Notes under the pieces: model-generated
Told to the model about the DNA's origin: nothing
Seen by the model: the letters and a program-made list of their open reading frames with translations, nothing else
The model's database searches: none
Position numbers and translations under genes: made by a program
Origin: Gracilinanus agilis
Lineage: Eukaryota
DNA: 64,000 bases
Assembly: GCF_016433145.1 (NCBI RefSeq)
Contig: NC_058130.1
Span: 132,915,214-132,979,213, forward strand
Direction: 5' to 3'
Shown here: in pieces, positions 1-11,700 of the stretch
How the letters are laid out: every line of letters starts with the position of its first letter
Position numbering within the stretch: position 1 is the stretch's first letter

Positions 1-127
1 TTGCCCAGGGTCACACAGCTAGGAAGTGTCTGAGGTCAGATTTGAACCAAGGACCTCCCATCTCTAGGCCTGGCTCTCAATCCACTGAGCTACCCCCACT
101 CCCCCATCTTTTAAATGGCCTCAAACA

Positions 128-131
<4 letters not shown>

Positions 132-191
<60 letters not shown>

Positions 192-319
192 NNNNNNNNN
201 NNNNNNNNNNNNNNNNNNNNNNNNNNNNNNNNNNNNNNNNNNNNNNNNNNNNNNNNNNNNNNNNNNNNNNNNNNNNNNNNNNNNNNNNNNNNNNNNNNNN
301 NNNNNNNNNNNNNNNNNNN

Positions 320-400
<81 letters not shown>
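132..400. repeat. (TC)n microsatellite spanning an assembly gap
   Basis: Pure TC run on both sides of the N run at 192-319. Confidence 0.97.
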
Positions 401-402
<2 letters not shown>

Positions 403-429
403 TAATCCTAGTGCCTTCCTTCTGTTAAT

Positions 430-575
430 TATTTCCTATTTATCTTATATATAGCTTGCTTTGTATATATTTGTTTGCATGTTGTCTCCCCCATTAGATT
501 GTGAGTTCTTTGAGGGCAAAGACCATTTTGCCTCTTTTTGTATCTGCAGTGTTTAGCACAGTGACTAGCACATTT
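430..575 (+). mobile_element. L2 3' end relic (representative of many L2/MIR fragments in the window)
   Basis: TTGTCTCCCCCATTAGATTGTGAGTTCTTTGAGGGCA...TTTAGCACAGTG is the typical L2 3' terminus. Confidence 0.75.
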
Positions 576-2165
576 TGTTGTTGCTGAGTCACTTTTCAGT
601 CTTGAATAACTCTTCATGACCCTAATTGAGGTACCAGATATTGGAGTGTTTTGCAGTTTTCTTCTCCAGCTCATTCTATAGATAAAGAAACTGAGGCAAA
701 TAGGAGTTAAGTGACTTGTCCAATGTCATACAGCTAGTAAGTATCTGAGCCAGATTTTAACTCAGGGAAATGAACCTTCCTGACTCTAGGCTTGGTACTC
801 TATCCATTTCATCACCTAGCTTCTAGTCAATAAAAATTTATTATTTCCACTTGGCACATAGGAAGTGCTTAATAAATATTGATTAACTGTTTCCCTGTCA
901 TTCTAGAATGTTCTGCCCTAGGTGCAAAATGTTTCTTTAAATATTCTAAGTTGACCATATAGTTTTTTCTTAAAACGAAATACAAAAACAAAAAACCACC
1001 TATTTTTTAGATTGAATCTATAATTTCATTGGTATAGGGAACTCCCAGGAAGAAAACTCCTTCCATCTTTGCAGGGTGGCATCTGCTCTGAAACTTAAGA
1101 GTCTTAGGGAGTCTCTTGGCACATTGGAGATAAAGAAAACTTGCCTTTAGGTTATATGACTAGTTCTTGTGAGTATAGTGCAGGGATTGGGTGGTGGGAG
1201 AACTTGAATCCAGGTCTTCCTGATTGAAGGCTAGCTTTCTATCCACTATACCCCACTGCTACTTTCATATCCTCTTCCTTATATACTTTTTCTTCACAGT
1301 TCCAAACTCCTTGCTTATAAGTATGAGTTTAAAGAGGGTACCAATTTTCTTAATGTGCTGAGAATTCTTGTTGTCTTTTCCCCAGGTTGTCTATCAATAG
1401 TCATAAAACAAATGTTCACAAAGGCCCAGGATGCAAATCCTTTCCTGACATCAGTCTTACAGAGAATCCAACATATGATGTAAATAAAGACTGAAGAGGA
1501 TGGATCTTATAGCTTTGTATGAGTGGGAAGAAGCAGCCCTCTATCATTTTGGAGAGCTCTAGGGGAAAGGAGGAAAAGGAGAGAGGGAATGCTTCAGTAA
1601 GCACCAAAAAAAAAAAAAAAATCAACCACATACACATACAAAATTCTCTGATTAATTCTTTATTGTACCAATTATTCTTTGATAGATTCCGTTTCTTCAG
1701 GTAGATTCCCTCTTGCCCCTTGCTCTTCTCTGCACATTCATTCCTACCATCTGCTTCTCATCAACTTTACTGCAAGTGCTAAAGGAAGTCACTTGCTGGG
1801 CCCCTCCAAACTCCAGCCAGGCTGGAGAGGGTACATCTCTTGATAGAAGGGTATCAGAGAAAATTAAGATCTTATCTCTCTTGCCCTGTCTTCCTTGCCG
1901 ATGCCCTATATCCATGGCCGTGATCCTGGTATCAATGCTCTGGCCCAGCCTGATAGGAAAAGAGATCCAGTGAGTCTAAGCCTCCAAGTTTTAGGGGATC
2001 TCCTTCCTAAGATTCTATGGTTTTTTCCTAGGCTATAGAGATTATACCTCCCAGCTGGCTTTTTGGCTTTGGGTTCAATCCCACTCTTTTACTAGTGTCA
2101 GCCCATAAATTAGGTTAGGAGAGATATGTTTGGGGATTCTGGGCTCCCTCACCTCAGTTCTAGGC

Positions 2166-3892
2166 TCAGGGCCTAGTTCCACGTTTCTTTTGCTCTGTGT
2201 TCTGAAGCTTGGTCAGCAGCTTCCGTTCATGGCCACCTGGACTGTGCCGGTTGGTATGGTTAGCAGCTTCTCTCTTACTACGACCCTTACCGCTGCCTCT
2301 TCCTGAAATAGAAGGTAGTAGTCATAGGAATGAGGTGCTCAAAGAACATGGTGGGCAGAAGCCATTCAGTGGCTGAGATTGTATAAACCAAAGAAAACAG
2401 AGATAAAGACATGAGGAGGGCAGTGGAAAGAATACTGGACTGGAGGCAGGAGACCTGAGCTCTAGTTCTAGATCTGTCCTTAACTTGCTGTGTAAATTTG
2501 GGCAAACTTCTAGACCTCAGCTCCCTCTGTAAAATTCAGAGTTTGAATCAGACAATTTCAAAAATTAGTATGACTCAATTTCAACAAATGTTTATTAAGT
2601 ACCTACTACATTCAAGGGCAGCTGGGTGGCTCAGTGGATTGAGAGCCAGGCCTAGAGACTGGAGGTCCTAGGTTCAAGTCCGGCCTTGGACACTTCCAGC
2701 TGTGTGACCTTGGGCAGGTCACTTGACCCCTATTGCCCACCCTTACCACTCCTGGGCCAAGGACGGTCCCTAGCCCGGATGAAAAAGGAGGAGTGTTGGG
2801 CGTGGGGCTAGCAACCCCACCCTGTAAAAACTACAACTGCTAAAGAAACTGCAACCTAAAGTAGGGGCAGCTGGGCTAGCTCAGTGGATTGAGAGCCAGG
2901 CCTAGAGACGAAAGTGTTCTCTAGGTTCAAACCCGGTCTCAGACACTTCCCAGCTGGGTGACCAATTGCCTACTGGTTGTGGCCCTATGCTCCTAGAATG
3001 GAGTCCCAGGATAAAAAAAAAACAAAAAACAAAAAACAAAAAAAAAAAACAAACAAATATTCAAGGCATTGTATAAGATACTGGAGTTAGAAAGACTAAA
3101 ATAAAAAAAGTCCTTGCCTTTGAAAAGTTTACATTCTAGAGAGGAAACAACATGTACACAGATAAATGAATCCAAAGTAATTCAAAGTAGACAAGAGATC
3201 TAAAACCTGGAGGGGTAAGGAAGGTTTCAAGAACAAGTTGTCAGGGGCAACTAGGTGGCTCAGTGGATCAAGAATCAGGTTTGGAGATAGGAGGTCCTAT
3301 TCTAACTGTGTCACCCTGGGCAAGTCACTCAACCCCAATTACCTAGCCCTTGCTGCTCTTCTGCCACAGGGACTAATACTTAATATCAATTCTAAGATGG
3401 AAAGTAAGGTTTCTTTAAAATAAAAAAAAAAAAAAGAACAAATTGGCAACCAAACTGAGCCTTGATAGGAAATAAGGATTCTGAGAGGCTAACATGGAGA
3501 TACTGTAAAGGATTTTATAAGGTTGCTTGTGGGACTGGCTAGGACCTAGGATTAAATTAAGAGGGCAGAAGGTGGGGAAGAGGGTCAAGTGGGAAGAGGG
3601 TCAAGTGATGGAGAGGATAAAATCCACTGGGCAGCCTGGAAATGTCAAGGAAAAAGATTCAAAAAATATAGGGCCGAGTCTGGATGGGGGGAGGGGGAGA
3701 GACTCAAACCAGAGGTTTGAGAGGTAGGAGCTCGAAGTGAGGGGGTGTCTAGGTAAGGAAAGTAGGGCCACATCTCTCACCCAGGTAAGAATCTGTAAAG
3801 CTGTAAGTGTCATACTGGTCCAAGAACTGTTGCTCCTCGTCCTCCAAGATCAGGGGCTGGAGTGGTGGAGCAGCTAACGGAGCTGTAGCCAT
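2166..3892 (-). CDS. NUPR1: Nuclear protein 1 (p8), 82 aa; coding exons 3892-3781 and 2302-2166; exon 2 continues to donor at 2153; non-coding exon 3 from 1949 to about 1640
   Basis: Spliced translation MATAPLAAPPLQPLILEDEEQQFLDQYDTYSFTDSYL-GRGSGKGRSKREAANHTNRHSPGGHERKLLTKLQNTEQKKRGTRP* matches the NUPR1 basic HMG-like motif (KGRxKREAAxxTNRxSPGGHERKL). GT-AG sites at both junctions; 112+137 nt = 249. Minus-strand AATAAA at 1659-1664. Missed by the ORF track because the exons are short. Confidence 0.96.
2616..3058 (+). mobile_element. Composite retroposon: SINE1 head / RTE-like segment / SINE1 head / RTE-like 3' end / A-rich tail
   Basis: Flanked by ATTCAAGG at 2610-2617 and 3059-3066, and interrupts an L2 relic. 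See findings. Confidence 0.7.
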
Positions 3893-4015
3893 TGGTACTG
3901 GAGAACTTTATTATTTCAGTAACTAGTCTATCTGATCTCTTGTTTGTGAATCAGTCTCTGTCTCTGTCTGTCTGTCTCTCTCCTCTGCTTCCCCCTGGGA
4001 CAGCTCCTCCCAACA

Positions 4016-4081
4016 CTTATAGGGCTAGGTTCCCTCCCCCAAACTGTGCACACAATCCACGTTGGCCCTGTCTGATGCAAT
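4016..4081 (-). promoter_or_regulatory. NUPR1 core promoter: TATA-like box and C/EBP-ATF composite (CARE/AARE) element
   Basis: TATAAG on the minus strand at 4021-4016, about 125 bp upstream of the ATG; TGATGCAAT at 4073-4081 fits the CARE consensus. NUPR1 is an established ATF4/CEBPB stress target. Confidence 0.7.
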
Positions 4082-4976
4082 CTGGCCCCCTCCCAAGACT
4101 TTAGAGTCCAGTATAAACAGAAATGAAATCACAACAGGAAAAGTGTTCTGTCCCGTGACTCCCCTCCCCCTCTCCCTGAAGTCATTCCTTTTCTTCTTTC
4201 TGTTTTTCTCAGGGTCCTGAGGTCTCTGGAAGGAGAAAAGCAGGAGAAGGGAGAAGAGGAGAAGAGGAAAGAAAGGGAAAGGAGAAGGAGCATCCAAGAC
4301 AAGCAATGTCCTAAGACTGAGTAGAATTTAGTGCCCTGATATTTCTTCATCCAAAAAACTTTGCTTTAGCTTTTGCTCTGGACTGGTGGCTTAAGAAGGT
4401 GGGAAGGAAAGAACAGGACAAAAATTCCTTTGACCCTTTCCCGTTGACATACCAAAAAGAGAGCTAGAAGTCTGTCAATAGTGTGAGGGAGTCCATGTTA
4501 GGCATTCCTTTGACAAACATTCTTTGTGAATCATCTGTAAGGTCTTTGTACCCAGGCACTGAAGGAGATCCAAGACATGTTAGAGATTGTCCCAGCCTTC
4601 AGGGAGAGGAGCAGAATATCCCAACTCTACAACTTACTAGCTGTGATTTTGGGTAAATTCCTTAAACTCTCTTAATCTCAGTTCCCTCATACGATAAAAG
4701 GGATATCAATATATGCACTCCTCTTACAAGGTTGTTCTGATGAAAGCACCTTATAAACTCACAGTGGTATAGAAATGTTGGGGGGGGGGAAGTTTACCAA
4801 CTAGTTGGGGGAGTCAGAACAAGTCTTTAGAGTAATAATTATAAGACAGAATATGCTCAGGGTTATAAGAGAGGTCCAAACACAGTATTCCAGGGATAGA
4901 CAGAAGGGATAATAGTTAGAGGAAGCTCTGTGGAGAAGATAGGACTTGAGCTGGGCTTTTAAGAATAGAACAGTCT

Positions 4977-5167
4977 GGGGGACAGCTGGGTAGCTCAGTG
5001 GATTGAGAGCCAGACCTAGAGATGGGAGGTCCTAGGTTCAAATCTAGCCTCAGACACTTCCCAGCTGTGTGACCCTGGGAAAGTCACTTGACCCCCATTG
5101 CCCACCCTTACCACTCTTCTGCCTTGGAGCCAATACACAGAAGTTAAGGGTTTGAAAAAAAAAAAAA
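4977..5167 (+). mobile_element. Young SINE1_Mdo-type SINE
   Basis: Full tRNA-like head with A/B boxes, poly(A) tail, and TSD AAGAATAGAA(C/T)AGTCT. Confidence 0.9.
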
Positions 5168-6084
5168 AGAATAGAATAGTCTGGATAGAAGGCGATAGAG
5201 AAGGAGGAGGGTATAGGCAATGAGAAAAGAATAAGTGTGGTGGAGGTAATTCTAGAAGACCATCAAAACCCAACTTCTGACAGAACAGTGACAAACTCAT
5301 GATGCAAATTTCTTTTTTTCAGGTGGCAGTGAATGGTATGTAACTAATTGAATCTAGATTAGAATGGTTTGTGGATACTTAGAGCCAAGCATGGAATACA
5401 GTCAGAGAAACATTTGTATCCAGCCTCCTTCATTCCCACAATTCCAGAGAGAAACATTCTTTGAATAGTTTGCCCAGGTGAGCTAGTTTCCTTAACTAGA
5501 ATATTATACTTAGTTCCGACTACTCATTAATGAGTTGATGGTGGCTCCAGAGGAGGGAGACAAGGATAATTAGGAACCTTTGAATTATACATAAATAGGG
5601 GTTTGATACACATGCAGACCTCATTAGCTTGCTTGGTTGATTAACTTCTCTACATGAAGGAAACTGGAGAAATGGCATCTGGGAAAATTGTGATGATATG
5701 CCTTGGAAAAACTCCAGGGGAGCATGAGTAGACAAAAGGTAAATGTTTCTAGTTGGCTGAGCACATGGTTAGGAGGAACCTTTTTTTTCAATTGGCCTCA
5801 TATCTAGAGCTGTCAGAATTAAAAAAAAACAAAAAACAAAAAACAAAAACCTCAGTTAGCTTCAACCAGCTTTTTTGCTTCATTAGCATCATGGGGAGCT
5901 TCTACACTAGGATCTGGTAATAAACCAATCTGTAAGAGGGATGGCCTTAAGATCTTTTCTCTAAGGCCATACGTCTCCTCAACCCTGCTCTGACAAAAAT
6001 GAGCTTGGACTTTTAAAAAATTCTTTTTCTGGTCTAGGTGAAGGAAATGAAGCCTTACATCCTGAGAGTTCAAAAGGTCATCAT

Positions 6085-6285
6085 GAGGGCAGGTAAGTGG
6101 CTCCATGGATAGAGAGCCAGGCCTAGAGATGGAAGGTCCTGGCTCCAAATCTGGTCTCAGATATGTCCTAGCTCTGTGATTCTGGGCAAGTCACTTAATC
6201 CAAATTGGCTAGCCCTTACCACTCTTTTGCCTTTGAGCTGACCTTATTATTGATTCTAAGATAGCAGGTGAGGGTTTAAAAAAAA
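6085..6285 (+). mobile_element. SINE1_Mdo-type SINE (older copy)
   Basis: GGGCAGGTAAGTGGCTCCATGGATAGAGAGCCAGGCCTAGAG...GGTTTAAAAA. Confidence 0.8.
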
Positions 6286-6612
6286 TTTCATAAAGACATC
6301 CGTTATCCTAGCATTCTAGAACCTAGGTTTCAGGGTAGGTGTTGCCACCAGCCCAGTATTGATGCCCCATGGAACAAGGAGGTTTTGGATCCATGCCAAT
6401 ATAATCTGAAATAAGGCTTCATCCAGAATCAATGCTATATTTGGATGTGAACTTGATGAGACCAATGCTACATAGAAACTGAGCTAAATTTTGAGCCTAC
6501 TCCTTCAGAGACCAAGGTGGTATAGGGAAGAGTATACTTTGGAGGACTGGGGAAAATAAATTTTATAAATTTGTTCTTCCTACATATTTGAAGTAAATAT
6601 TTTTTTGTAAAA

Positions 6613-7397
6613 TGTAAAAGGGGAAAAATTATGGTTGGCCTGGATATTTAAGAGTTTTGGTCACCAGGAAATTGATTACACGCTTTCCAGATTAAAGATC
6701 CAAGTCAGGATGACTTTTATAGTAGTTTATTTACAAATACGAAGAGTGNNNNNNNNNNNNNNNNNNNNNNNNNNNNNNNNNNNNNNNNNNNNNNNNNNNN
6801 NNNNNNNNNNNNNNNNNNNNNNNNNNNNNNNNNNNNNNNNNNNNNNNNNNNNNNNNNNNNNNNNNNNNNNNNNNNNNNNNNNNNNNNNNNNNNNNNNNNN
6901 NGGTCCGAAGGCCTGAACCAGGCAAGGCTTCAGAGGCCCCAACAAAGGGGGCACAGAAGTTAATTAAATAAGGCTTCTAGCCACAAGGCCTCCTCTAAGA
7001 TGAGAGAGGCCTCTTTTGAGGCTAGGGTCTCCAGAAATGCTAAGGGAAAAGAAAGGGAGTCAGCCTAACTTACCCACATGACAATTCAAAGAGAAGCAGT
7101 CTGAGGTCTCAACCAGAGCTCTTTCAAGGCCAAGTTCAAAAGGCCAAATCCCCTTCAAAGGAAGTTACCATCATATTTAAAAGATAGTTCTTTTTGTCAC
7201 TTCCTTAGTCCAGGCAGCCTCAACCTTGTTTTGGACTGCCCATGGGGGGAGCTATTTGTTTTTGATTTGTCACTTACTAGGACATGTGGGTCATAGATCT
7301 CCCCCCTCCCCACTTAATTCTAAGTTGGGTGGGGTGACATATTCCTGGTGACTAAAATCTAAAGAATGAATAAAGGTGATCTAATTCCATTTTCACA
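6613..7397 (-). mobile_element. Solo ERV LTR (contains N gap 6749-6901)
   Basis: TG...CA termini and AAAA 4-bp TSD; terminal similarity to the LTR at 29386-30173. Confidence 0.65.
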
Positions 7398-8439
7398 AAA
7401 AGATATCCTGGACAAGTCATTTAACTAACCTCTGTTTGCCTTAGTATCCTGTTTGTCTCAATTTCCTCAACTGTAAAAGAGGAGTGATAATGATACCTAT
7501 CTTGCAGGATTGATCAAATGAAATAATACTTGGCAAATCTCCAATACATAGTAAGCATCACATTAATGCTTTTCCCTCTCCCTCAAAGAACTTAGATTTT
7601 ATTGTCATTATAACAACAATAAGGGGAAGCATGAATACAAGGAAGAAAGTTGGCCTTGGAGTCAGGACAACCTGGGTTCAAGTTCAGCCTTTAACACATG
7701 ATTGATGTGTGTAACCCTGGAGAAGTTACTTTACTTGTCAGTATTATACAACTGTTTATGCCTATAATTTTAGTCCTAATTTTTGGTAGTGGAATTTCTT
7801 CAATGGGTTGTCCCTGCACCAATAGAACTCCAATTGCCTGGCCCTTACCACTCTTTTGCCTTGGAACTTATACCTAGTACCAAATCTAAGACAGAAAGTA
7901 AGGATTTTATTTAAAAGAAAGAAAGAAAGAATACATTATGTACCAGGCACTGTACTAAGTGCTAGAGATACAAAAAAGACAAAAGAAATTCCCTGCCCTT
8001 AAGAAGCTCACAATCTAATAGGGGAAAGACAACAAGCAAATGAATATACACAAATCCACTATATACGGAAAAATAGAAAATAAGGTAAGGTACTCGAAAT
8101 GAGAGGGATTGGGAAAGGATTCCAGTGGAAAATAGAATTTTAGTTGAGGTTTGAAAGAAGCCAGGGAAGACATTAGGCAGAGATGAGATGGGGGCATTTC
8201 AGGTGTGAGGGACAGCCATAGAAAATCTTTGAGACCAAAGAAGAAAATAGCCTGTCCATGGAATAGTAAGAAGGCCAGTATTACTGGAATGAAGAGTATG
8301 TGGTGGGAGTTAGGTATATGAAGAGAGGAAAGGTAAGAGGAAGTCCCTTGAATTCATTTTACCTCACAAGTGATATTACAACTCTGAGGATGTGGTTGGC
8401 TACAGAGAATCATTTCTGAAAGGCAGTAGCTGATATATA

Positions 8440-8765
8440 TAGAGTAACAGAAATATACAATGATGAAGACTCATGATGAAAATGCTATCCACAGCCAAAG
8501 GAGAAACTGTTGCAGTTTGAGTGCAGATCAAAGCCCATCATTTTTCACTATATTTCCTTTGTGAAATTTCTACTTGTATATATGTCTTCTATCATGATAT
8601 GAGCAATACGGAAATATGTATTACATGAAAGTATGGGTATAACCTACATCAGACTATATACCCCCTCCAGAAGTGGGGGTGGAATAGGGAGGGAGAAAAT
8701 CTGAATTTTAAAATGTCAAAAAACAATTGTCAAAAATTGTTTCTACATGTAACTGAAAAAAATAA
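8440..8765 (+). mobile_element. Old L1 3'UTR fragment
   Basis: AAAATGCTATCCAC...GGGAGGGAGAAAATCTGAATTTTAAAATG resembles marsupial L1 3' ends. Confidence 0.6.
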
Positions 8766-8904
8766 TTGGGAATGGGAGAAGAAAGCCTATTTGTTCTATT
8801 TAAGTATTTACATCAAGAGTACCCATTGTTATGTGCTAAGATTTTTCTTTTAAAGTCTCAACATAGGTGAAAAAGAGGATTACATATAGCTAGCTCCTAG
8901 TATC

Positions 8905-9320
8905 TTTTTTTTTTTTTTAAACCCTCACCTTCTGCCTTAGTGTTAGTCCTAGGACAAAAGAGCCACTAGGACTCTAAGCAACTGGGGTTAAGTGACTTGC
9001 CCAGGGTCACACAGTTAGAAAGTATCTGAAGTCTTTTTTTTTTTTTTAAACTTTTCCCTTTCCCTCTTAGAATCAATACTGTGTATTGGTTCTAAGGTAG
9101 AAGAGTGGTAAGGGCTAGGCAATGAGTGTTAAGTAATTTGCCCAGAGACACTCACCTAGGAAGTATCTAAGGTCAGACTTGAATTTAGGATCTTCCCTCA
9201 CCAGGCCTATCTCTCAATCTGCTGAGCCACCTAGCTGCCCCCCAGAAACCAAATTTAAACCCAGGACCTCCTGTCTCCAGGCCTGGCTCTCTATCCACTG
9301 GGCTAACTATGTCCCCCTAA
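8905..9320 (-). mobile_element. Nested cluster of SINE1-type copies
   Basis: One SINE (about 9040-9242) inserted in another (about 8905-9030 plus 9245-9320). Confidence 0.75.
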
Positions 9321-10959
9321 TATCTTCATGATTACTTTTTCTAACATTAATGCTGTCTATGATTTTTACCATTTTAGAAATCTTCTTAGAGCATTTGGCT
9401 TGGTGTTAAGAGTTCAAATCTAGTCTCAGACACTAAGTGTGTGATCCTGGGCATGTTGCTTCTTTGTCTTGCTCAAAAATAGAGCTAATAATAGTACCTA
9501 ATTCCCATGATTGTTATAAGGATAAAATGAAGTATTCTTAAATTGTTTTGCAAACCCTAGAGCATTCTACTTATCATTATTATAAATAATAAAATTTGAA
9601 TACTGTTAAAATCTTTTTTGTCTCTGGTAGGGATTTCTCCTTGGTGGCAAAGAGGTAGGAAGTAACTTCTAACAGCTAGAATTGCCCAACAATATAACAG
9701 GTTTCCTTGTGAGGGAATGAGCTCCTTGTCACTGAAAATATTCAAACATAAGTTTGGCCCCAAAGATATATTAGAAGACACCTCTCTCTTCTATTCCTTT
9801 GCAAAGGTAAGGGATCCTTGGGTATAGAACACTGAGTATGTTTTCAGATGTATTAAATGGTTTTGTTTTGCTTTTCTTCTCTTTTTATTTTTCTTTTCTT
9901 TTTAATTCTTTGTTATAAATGATGGCTGTCTGGAAAATAAGAGGGAGAAGAATATAAGGGGAAATTGAGGTGATGTGTGAAAACAAAATACAGTATAAAT
10001 AAAAATTTATGTTTTAAAATGTTTAAGCAAAATGCTAGAGAATAACAATTGTTTATAGTTAGTTTTTTACAAATATTATCTAGTTTTATTCTTGCTAGGA
10101 CCCTGGAGGATAGAAGCTAGTATTGTACCATTTCACCAATGAAGAAATTGAGGCAAAAAAAAGGTTGTGACTTGCCTAGCTAATAAATGTTTGAGATAGG
10201 ATTTGAACTCATCTTTCTCATTCTAAGTACAGTGCTTTATCCACTTAGCTATTAGGAAGGGATTGTTAGATTCCTTTAGGAAAGCATAATTAAATGGCAT
10301 GTAAATTCGAGGTTTGTCTGGTATTGCTTGCTCTGTGGTTTTACATGCATCCCCAGAAATTGAAAGCAAAGGGTAACAAAAAAAAAACAACTATCCAAAC
10401 TATTTTATAGAGGAGGAAATTGAAGCTCCAAAATTATTAGAAGTTCGTAGTTGGGCCAGGACTAAATGCCAGGTTTCTTTAATGTTTTTCTATCTCTCAT
10501 CTCTCCCACCTAGAATGTAACCCTTTTGAAGAGGCAAGCCCGTGTGATGTTAAAGTGCCCGAAATGGGTAAGGTTCCAGTGCCACTAAAAAGCTGTATGA
10601 TCTTGGGGGAAAAAAAATCACCTACTTTCTCTCTGCCTTAGGTTCATTCCCTATTAAATGAAGAAGTTCAACTGGATGATTACTAAATTCCCTTTCAGCT
10701 CTAAGTGTCTGTCACTGTCAGTCTTAGCACAGGTACCTACTCATAACACTTCTCAGTCATCATTGGCAACCATCCCATTAGTGACAATATTTACTAAGTA
10801 GTTGATTTGACTAATTGCTATGAAAACACTTATAATTAGTCTATAGGAATTAAGGGGAAGGCCTGAAAGCCAAAGTTTCTGCAGTTCTTATCCTTTATTG
10901 AAGAACCCAGAATCCAGAATTAAATGGGAGCATGAAACAGAAAAAAAGACAAGATTCTG

Positions 10960-11700
10960 AAGCACGTTAACCGCGAATTAAAACTACATTTCCCAGCTAA
11001 GCGCACGTCGAGGAAAGCATACGATTCGAGTTCCAGATGCCTTTCCACAGCACTTGGAAGAAAAGACTACATTTCCCGGTAGGACCTTCAGGTGCGCACA
11101 CGCAAGCGCACTAGTATCCCCTAGCCCGGGAACGAGGATGAAAAAAGTTCAGGGGGGGTGTTGCAGTTGCTGTCGCTGCGGTCTTCATCGCTGCCGTCAC
11201 AGTTGACTCGTTTTGGCTCGTCCTCGGTAGGTGGGTTTGGGTAGCAGCCATGGGCCTCAGGCGAACCAGGGGAGCAGGGGAGAGGGGAGCGGCAACATCT
11301 CACCCGTTGTGGTCCCCCTATCCTGGGCCAGGCTGTGGTGCCCCAAGACACTAAAAGTACGCATGCGCACACTGCGGAAGCTCGGGGAAAGGGGGGCAGG
11401 GAGGTCACGCGCCCGCCGCGGAGGGTTCTTTGTTCGCTTGGGCTGCTCCAAGAAAATCACGTGAGGAGGCGGCCTTTAGAAGCACGTGGGAGGGGAGGGC
11501 GAAGCATTTTAGAAGCACGTGCGTTGGTGAGAGGAACTGAGGAGAAGCGGCCAGCGAGGAAGGAGACCATGGCTTCGAAGGGTATTTCCCCCGAGGGCAA
11601 TAGTAGTGATAGCGGACATTTAGAAAGCCCTTTAGAACATTCCTTATTAAAGCTTCACGAGGTCGGTAGTGCGAGCGAATACCTCCATCTTACAGATAAT
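10960..11700 (+). promoter_or_regulatory. CpG-rich SGF29 promoter and non-coding first exon region
   Basis: High CpG density. Two ZNF143/THAP11-type ACTACATTTCCC motifs (10983-10996, 11066-11079), an NRF1-like GCATGCGC near 11361, three CACGTG E-boxes (11458, 11483, 11516), and candidate donors CG|GTAGGT (after 11226) and AG G|GTATTT (after 11581). Confidence 0.8.

Noticed and set aside
42-428. 128-aa and 96-aa LSLS ORFs
   Set aside because: Translations of a (TC)n microsatellite and an N gap.
1697-1973. 72-aa and 86-aa ORFs
   Set aside because: They overlap the NUPR1 non-coding exon 3; no recognisable protein similarity.
3583-3610. Short tandem duplication GGGAAGAGGGTCAAGT
   Set aside because: Ordinary slippage duplication in an intron, as is the 21-bp duplication at about 15345-15385.
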